Assembly (NCBI GenBank): GCA_964648665.1
Contig: CAZYOA010000009.1
Coordinates: forward strand, 83 to 64,082
From: an uncultured Planctomycetales bacterium
GTDB taxonomy: Bacteria > Omnitrophota > Gorgyraeia > Zapsychrales > Aceulaceae
Reading direction: 5' to 3'
Length of the DNA stretch: 64,000 nt
The position numbers were made by a program, and so were the translations under genes. Position 1 is the first letter of the stretch; each line of letters starts with the position of its first letter. Below, in pieces: positions 55,844 to 62,800 of this stretch. Under the pieces are notes generated by a model. That model was not told the DNA's origin and searched no databases. It saw only the letters and a program-made list of their open reading frames with translations.

Positions 55844-56719
55844 TTAATTAATTAACTTATTTAACGGATACTCAATGATTCCACAAGCACCAGCCGCTTT
55901 TAATTCAGGGATCAAAATACGAACAACATTTTCCCGAATCACCGTCTCAATAGCAACCCATCCCTCTTTCGCTAATGGAGCAACCGTTGGATTTTGAAGC
56001 GCTGGAAGCACTTTCAAAATTTTCTTAAGATCTTTTTCTTTAGAATTCATTTTTAGGCCAACCATGCTCTCGGCATCCAAAGCACCTTTTAGAAGCATCG
56101 CAATTTGTTCCATTTTCTTACGCTTCCATGAATCTTTATAAGCTTTCTTGTTAGCAATAAACTGAGTTGTTGATTCGCAAACTGTTGAAACAATGCGAAG
56201 TTTATTTGCCTTTAAACTACTTCCTGTTTCGGTAAGCTCAACAATAGCATCCACAAGACCTGATGCTACTTTTGCTTCTGTTGCACCCCAGCTAAATTCA
56301 ACTTCAGCTTTAACTTTATTCTTTTTCAGATATCTTTTTGTTGCATTCGCAAGCTCTGTAGCAATGCGCTTTCCGTTTAAACCTTTGACAGTTTTAATCT
56401 TTGATGTCTCAGGAACAGCGACGACCCATCTTACTTTTGATGCGCTCTGCTTAGCATACAAAAGATCCGCAAGACTAACAACATCAGACCCATTTTCTTC
56501 AATCCAATCAGCTCCAGTGATTCCGCAATCAAGCGCTAAATCTTCAACATAGCGAGACATTTCTTGCGCACGTAAAAGTACAATTTCAATCTCATTATCA
56601 TCAATCACAGGAAAATATGAACGGCTTGACATGCGTATTTTAAACCCTGCGCGCTGAAATACATTAATTGTTGATTCCTGAAGACTTCCTTTTGGCAATC
56701 CAAGCTTTAACTTTTTCAT
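55844..56719 (-). CDS. hisG: ATP phosphoribosyltransferase (long form)
   Basis: [10 protein letters not shown]...[13 protein letters not shown]...core and a C-terminal regulatory domain; 291 aa. Confidence 0.9.
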   Translation of the reverse strand: MKKLKLGLPKGSLQESTINVFQRAGFKIRMSSRSYFPVIDDNEIEIVLLRAQEMSRYVEDLALDCGITGADWIEENGSDVVSLADLLYAKQSASKVRWVVAVPETSKIKTVKGLNGKRIATELANATKRYLKKNKVKAEVEFSWGATEAKVASGLVDAIVELTETGSSLKANKLRIVSTVCESTTQFIANKKAYKDSWKRKKMEQIAMLLKGALDAESMVGLKMNSKEKDLKKILKVLPALQNPTVAPLAKEGWVAIETVIRENVVRILIPELKAAGACGIIEYPLNKLIN

Positions 56720-56785
56720 AACGATTATAATCCTTTAAATATTTAATATAACTGTATTTATTGTATCAGAAATAAATGAGGTTGC

Positions 56786-56814
56786 ATTATACATTTGAGA
56801 TAATGAGTTGTAAA
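56786..56814 (-). promoter_or_regulatory. Putative promoter for hisG (TTTACA-17 nt-TATAAT)
   Basis: The minus strand reads TTTACA (56814..56809), ACTCATTATCTCAAATG (17 nt), then TATAAT (56791..56786). It lies about 65 nt upstream of the hisG ATG, which has an AAAGGA SD. Confidence 0.5.
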
Positions 56815-56826
56815 GAGGAAAGATTA

Positions 56827-59800
56827 TCAGTCTTTAAGCAAGCTTAATTCTCTAGGCCTATCGGCCTTCTGAAGATCTTGAGCCCATTTTAAATTCTTGG
56901 TGTCTTTTTCACTTAAACCTAAAACCAGCAAGACATTTACAATCGGAACAATATTAATGATAACAGGAATAAATCCTTGAATCGTATCAAAATCAATACC
57001 TTGAAGTTCTACTGGCATTTCAAATTCAATCGAATCGCCTTCAGTCTCCAAATCCCAATTATTTCGATCAAAATCAATACCACCGGTAGCCCTTGCAGAG
57101 ACAGTATCTTCGAAAACAAGAACTTCTCCCTTTTTATAATTCGAAACAATCTTAAATCCTGCCTGCGTGAAACTCTCAATAATGTAATCAGGCATACGAT
57201 TATCATAGACTCTCATATCCATTTCTTCTCGGTTAGAAAACGCAAAACATAAAATCCCGCCAGGAGCAAGAACACTCTTTAGGCTCTCAATTACCTGACC
57301 TACCTTTTGTTTAGATTCCCCTGACGCATCATTTTTTAAAATATAATTTAAAACAGAAGCAGCAAAAATAACATCAAATTTCTTATCCTTTAGTACTGAG
57401 AGATCAAGGAGATCTGCCCTTTTAGCCTTAACATTATGCTTTTGGCGCGCAAAGCGCGTTCCACGAAAACTCCTGTCAGCTGCCATAACATGAGCACCTT
57501 GCTTTTTAACCCACCTAAGAAATTCCCCATCTTGCCCAGGTGCAATTTCTAAAACTTCCTTTTCCTCCCAAGAATATTCAATCTTTTCAAGCTGATTAAT
57601 AGCTTCGTGAGTTGATCTGCTAAACCAAATATACAAATCATCATTTTTATCCTCACCATAATACTTAGGCCCATAACACTCTTGCTCGTGAGAAGAATCA
57701 GGAGTTCGGTCCAAAATAGACTTCATCAAACTTTGAACTTCTTCTTTAGAAGCATTTCTTAAATTACTTTTCTCCTCAAATAATTCATAAATCAACCAAT
57801 CAAACTTATAAAAATTCTTTTGCGCAAGTTCGGTTAATCTTTTCTCAATAGCCACAAGAATACGTTTTGACGAAGAATCCCCGGAGAAAATATCTCTTAA
57901 CTCAGGCAAAATTCTTTCTTCAAAATATCTCATTCTTCCATAACGGCCATACGGTTCTTTTTGCAAGATTTTTCTAAACGCATCAATCTTTTTTTCTGTT
58001 AAAAATACCGACGATCCTGCCCTTTGACTAATCGTAGAATTATTTTCATCCTGCGCGGGGTTGACGGCAGAAAGGAAAGAATCTCTCACTTGGCTATCAT
58101 CCAACAAATCACTAACAGAATCTACAGAAAAGTGCACACATCCATTAACAAAAGACCTCCAAGTCTCTGTTGTTTTTAATTCTTCAGGAATCCACTTCAA
58201 AGGTCTCACATAATACTCCTTGAGTGATTTGGAATCCAAAGCCCAAGGACCCACAAGAAAAAAAGAATTTTCTTTAGCTTGACTAGGGCTCTTAAAATAT
58301 ATGTCCTTAATTCCAAGATCTTTCGCCACTTTGACAACTTGCTTAACCGCTTCTTGCGACCAAGCGCGAAAAGGAGATTTTATTTTTGTTTCTTTTAAAA
58401 CTTTTGCCCCAATCTGCAAAACTCCAGCAGAAGCCTGAACTTCGTTAATATATATGCACGGCTTATCATCAACATGCTCAATCATAACGCCAATCTGCCC
58501 TAGGGAGCCAACGGCAGGATAATATTTATCCTCTGGCTTAAGATTAAGCTCTTCTTTCTGATTTTCAGTCAAAATCTCTGAAGGATTATCGAGCATAACA
58601 CTAAAACTGTTCCCTTGTCCGTAAAAACTTACCTGAACAATACCCTTTTCCTTGTCTCCTGCGTCTACAGGCCAAGAGAAGCTTCTTTTATTTAAAGCTT
58701 TCTTTAATTGCTCTGCTAATTGTTTTTTTAACTCATCAGAATTCTTCTGCGCCTTATCAGCAACCTCATTCCTCACCACACTCGATGCACTCTTAACCGG
58801 CAACATCTTGCACACATGTTCTTCTGTTAACTCTGCCAACCCATCTCTAATTAAGCTTTCCCATAATTTTTCTGCCGGATACACCCTTTTTTTAGGATTT
58901 TTTTTGTCAATCTGCCGAAGAAAGTTACCGTAAGAAACAACAACACCTTGATCGTTCACACTTAGAGCATCATTAATCGCAATATAAATATTTCTCCCAA
59001 TTTTCTTACGTTCAGGACTCACACTCATATAATCAATTGATAGATCAAAAAAGCTCTCATAAAAAAGAGAAAAACTTCCGATCTCATGATTATTCTTATT
59101 TTTAATAATGATTTTCGCATTATTGCCTTTTATAATTTCAGGCTCTACGACCTCTAATTTAAGACCATCAAGCGATAGAACTGATCGCCCAATCTCTTGA
59201 AGTTTTTTATTAGCATCAAAAGTGATCTTATTAAAATACACTTTAGGATCCTCGAACCGCTTTGAATCCATGTTAATCTTTCCATCACCCAACTCGCTCG
59301 ATGCGCCAGTTACATCCTGCGCGAAATTAACGGCAACAGAATTTACCGTCTGTACGCGATCGACATCACCCTCCGCTGCTGCAACTTGAGAATTTTTGTT
59401 TTCTAGTATAGCTGGAAGCATTCGATAAGCTAATTGTTCATTTTCATCTATAAACGATTCTGCCAATCCTCGGATGACAAGCTTGTTCATCATCTCTTCG
59501 GATTTATAAATAGGTGCACCTTTATATCCCGGCTCATGAATTGCGTCGGAAACGCCTGAAATTTTTTCTACAACTTTGCCGTTATGCGCTCCAAGCGCTT
59601 CGTTGAGGGCAATAAAAATTGCCGGCCCTATTCCTTGCCTTTGGATAGAAAGAAAAATACTGAACACCTTTAAATTGCCGGAATTTTCAGGAAGAACCTC
59701 CAGCGCCCCAATACACTTACTATCTTTGTAAACATCAGCAAAAAGCCACGGACTTATTTGCGTTTCGCTCCACTTAAGCTGAATACCTCTTTCGTAAAGC

Positions 59801-62800
59801 TTCTTGCTTGCATTCGCCGCAGCCATAATATTAAGGAAATCATCTTGGCTAACCGCCCACATGGCGGGATCAAGAACGGAAGAAGAAGTGTTCTTGCCGC
59901 GCTGGGGGGTGGGAATTTTCTTTCTGAAAGACAAAGAAATACTTTTATCCTGATCACTGGCGCTCACTACCGCAAAGTCATTCTCTTTCTGCGCAACAAT
60001 CGTTAACACAGTTGATTCATGATTGTCTTGATATAGCTTCTCTTTGCCTTCCGTTATATCTCTAAGAATCTTAAATCCATTTTTCTGAATTAATTTTATT
60101 AATTTACCCCCAGAAGAATGATTGCGACTGTATCCTTTATTTTTAAAAAAATACATTCCATCTATTCCTAAATACGTATCCCCTTCAACAAAAAAAACGT
60201 CATTCACAGACTTTGTTTGAATAATAACTTTTCCGCCTTTTTTCAAAATCCTGTTGATTTCTAATAACAATCGCCCTTGAATCGAATCCCCTAAGTAATG
60301 AAGACCTAATCTAAAATAAACCGCATCAAATGAATTATTTAAATATGGCAAATATTTCTCAAAATCAACTACTTCTACTTTTATATTCGACACACCCTTA
60401 CTGGATCGCCTAAGACTCTTAATTATTTCTGAATTCTTATCCGTTGCAACAACTTCCATCTCATTCTCTGCAAAATAAATCTCATCTGCACCACTCCCGC
60501 TTCCTAAAGAAAGGATTTTCTGCCCTTTTGTGAGGATTCCTTTTTGAATCATTTCAGCAGCTAAAAGACTTGGGTTAAGGGCTCGATCTAGAATGTCTTT
60601 TACGATAGGTTTCGCCGAAAATTGAAAGTCCTCAAAAAACTCTTGATGATCAACATATTTAACAGTATATCCATGATCAGCAGAAACTTTAAATCGAGAA
60701 TCTTTCTTAAGACTTAGAAAAATATCATTCGCCCCATCATGCTGCAATCCACCAACACTGTCCGATCGGTATTCTTTAATATCGCCTTTAGATAAGAGCA
60801 GAACAACTGATCGCAAATTAAATCCTTGTCGCGAAATCTTATAAGATGCGGTTCTCTCTCTCCACTTACATTCATAAAAACGATTCTCAACATCAAAATC
60901 CATGCTTGAATAAGCTAACATCGGCGCATCTTTATCGGAAGCATCTAAAACAAAAACATTACATAGAGGATGCTCATTCTCTTGATCATCAACAGATCTC
61001 ACAACAAAAATTCTAAGAGAAATCGGATTTTTTATTTCCTTAGGAGAAAGTGACAAAGTCTGAAGATCCTCTTCTTTGTCAAATATATTTTCCATAACCA
61101 AAACTTTACGTTTTCCTAAGAAATCTCTCACAGCTTTTGGAAACACCTCATCATCTCCCATGTAAACAAATCCTTTTTGAGGTTTTTCCATATCAAGATC
61201 CAAAGAATCATAAAAACGCCCTTGCCCACCATTACCTGCAAGTAAATCAGACGACGCACTCTTTCTTTCTTTATTATCATCAATAGAGGCCTCTTGCTTT
61301 TTTCCAAAAATACTTTTCTCTGGATCAAGCTTTGTTGAAACAACTATATCCGGTGAGCCAGGAAGAAAGAAGATATCACCTGATCCATCACCCTCATCAT
61401 CTCTTGATTCTGAAACCTTTTCCTTTTTCACTCTTTTCTTTTTAACATGAACAAAATCCGGCGAAACACTATTTGCACCTATCCAACTACTTGCTTTTTT
61501 CTCTTTCTTATCAGAAGTTTTCTTCAAATCCTTAATCTCTTTCTCGAGATTCTTCCATGCTTTTGCTATTCCTGGAACTTCTTTATCAGCTAATCGTCGT
61601 ATTCGCCTATCGTTCATCAACAAAGAAACAACCGAATACATCAGCTGAACACCTGTAATATAAAACGTTCTCGCCCGAGGCTCTTGATCATTATTCTTTA
61701 AATGAAATGGAGGCAGTCCCACCATCATAGCCCCAACGGTAAATATTAATCTTAATTTCCATTTGCCGCCCTGCTCAAGACCAAACAAATCATCTGTTTG
61801 CTCCATCCACCTATAAAACTCTTGAACCATTCGATCATATGTTATAAATGGCACAGGATTGGCATATTCATCATCAAGGTATTCGTAAAAATGCGGAACT
61901 TCTGAATCCTGTCTTGCAAGAGGATAAAATCCATATACAGGTTCAAGCCTTGCAACATCATATTTTCCTAAGAAATTATGAACCAGCTTAGCTAAATCAT
62001 ACAAATAATCATTTCCACCAGGAGAATCCTTTGGATCAATTAATCGATAATCTCGAAATTCACCATAATAAGGAATATCCAGCATTTTTACGAGGATGTT
62101 TCCATAGTTAAGATCTCCGTGATCCTTAGATAGATACGGAGGAACAAAAAATCCTACTTTAGCTAAGGCAGAAACAAATGGCTTTAATGTTTCAAATCCC
62201 GGCAAATAAGTTACGCTAGAAGTTTCTCCAGAAACGCCGATGATAGGTGCATCAATCATCTCCACAAGACAAGGAGCTTGATCTTTTGTATCTTCAAGTC
62301 GAGTTGAAAGTTTCTTCTCTAAGATATTTTCAATAACAAAGTCAACAGAACCCTCTGATACTTTTTGCTGATATAAATCCAACTGATCTTGATAAACCCT
62401 AAGACCAAGTTTCCAAATATCTTCTGCACTTACCCCCTCTAAAGTGTTCTCTAATAAATTTATTGAATTCCAATGAGATATGCTCGTAACAGGAAAGTAT
62501 CCTTGATATTCAAGATCCTCCATAACAACAACAATTCTTTTGTCATCTTCTTCATAGCTATAGATTTCAGGATAAGGTTTTCCACGCGCCTTTTCTTCTT
62601 TTATAACCTTAACCTCACCTCTTAATTTGCCGCCATCAACCTCAGAATTCTTATACGCAGTCTTTCGAATTGCAAATTTTCCATTTGGCAAAACAATTCT
62701 CTCAATCGCATTTCCAGATCCTCCAATATAGCCTCCTAAATTTTCAACAACATCACTTGGCTGATCTTCTTCTTGCTTTCCACGAATATCTTCATACAAG

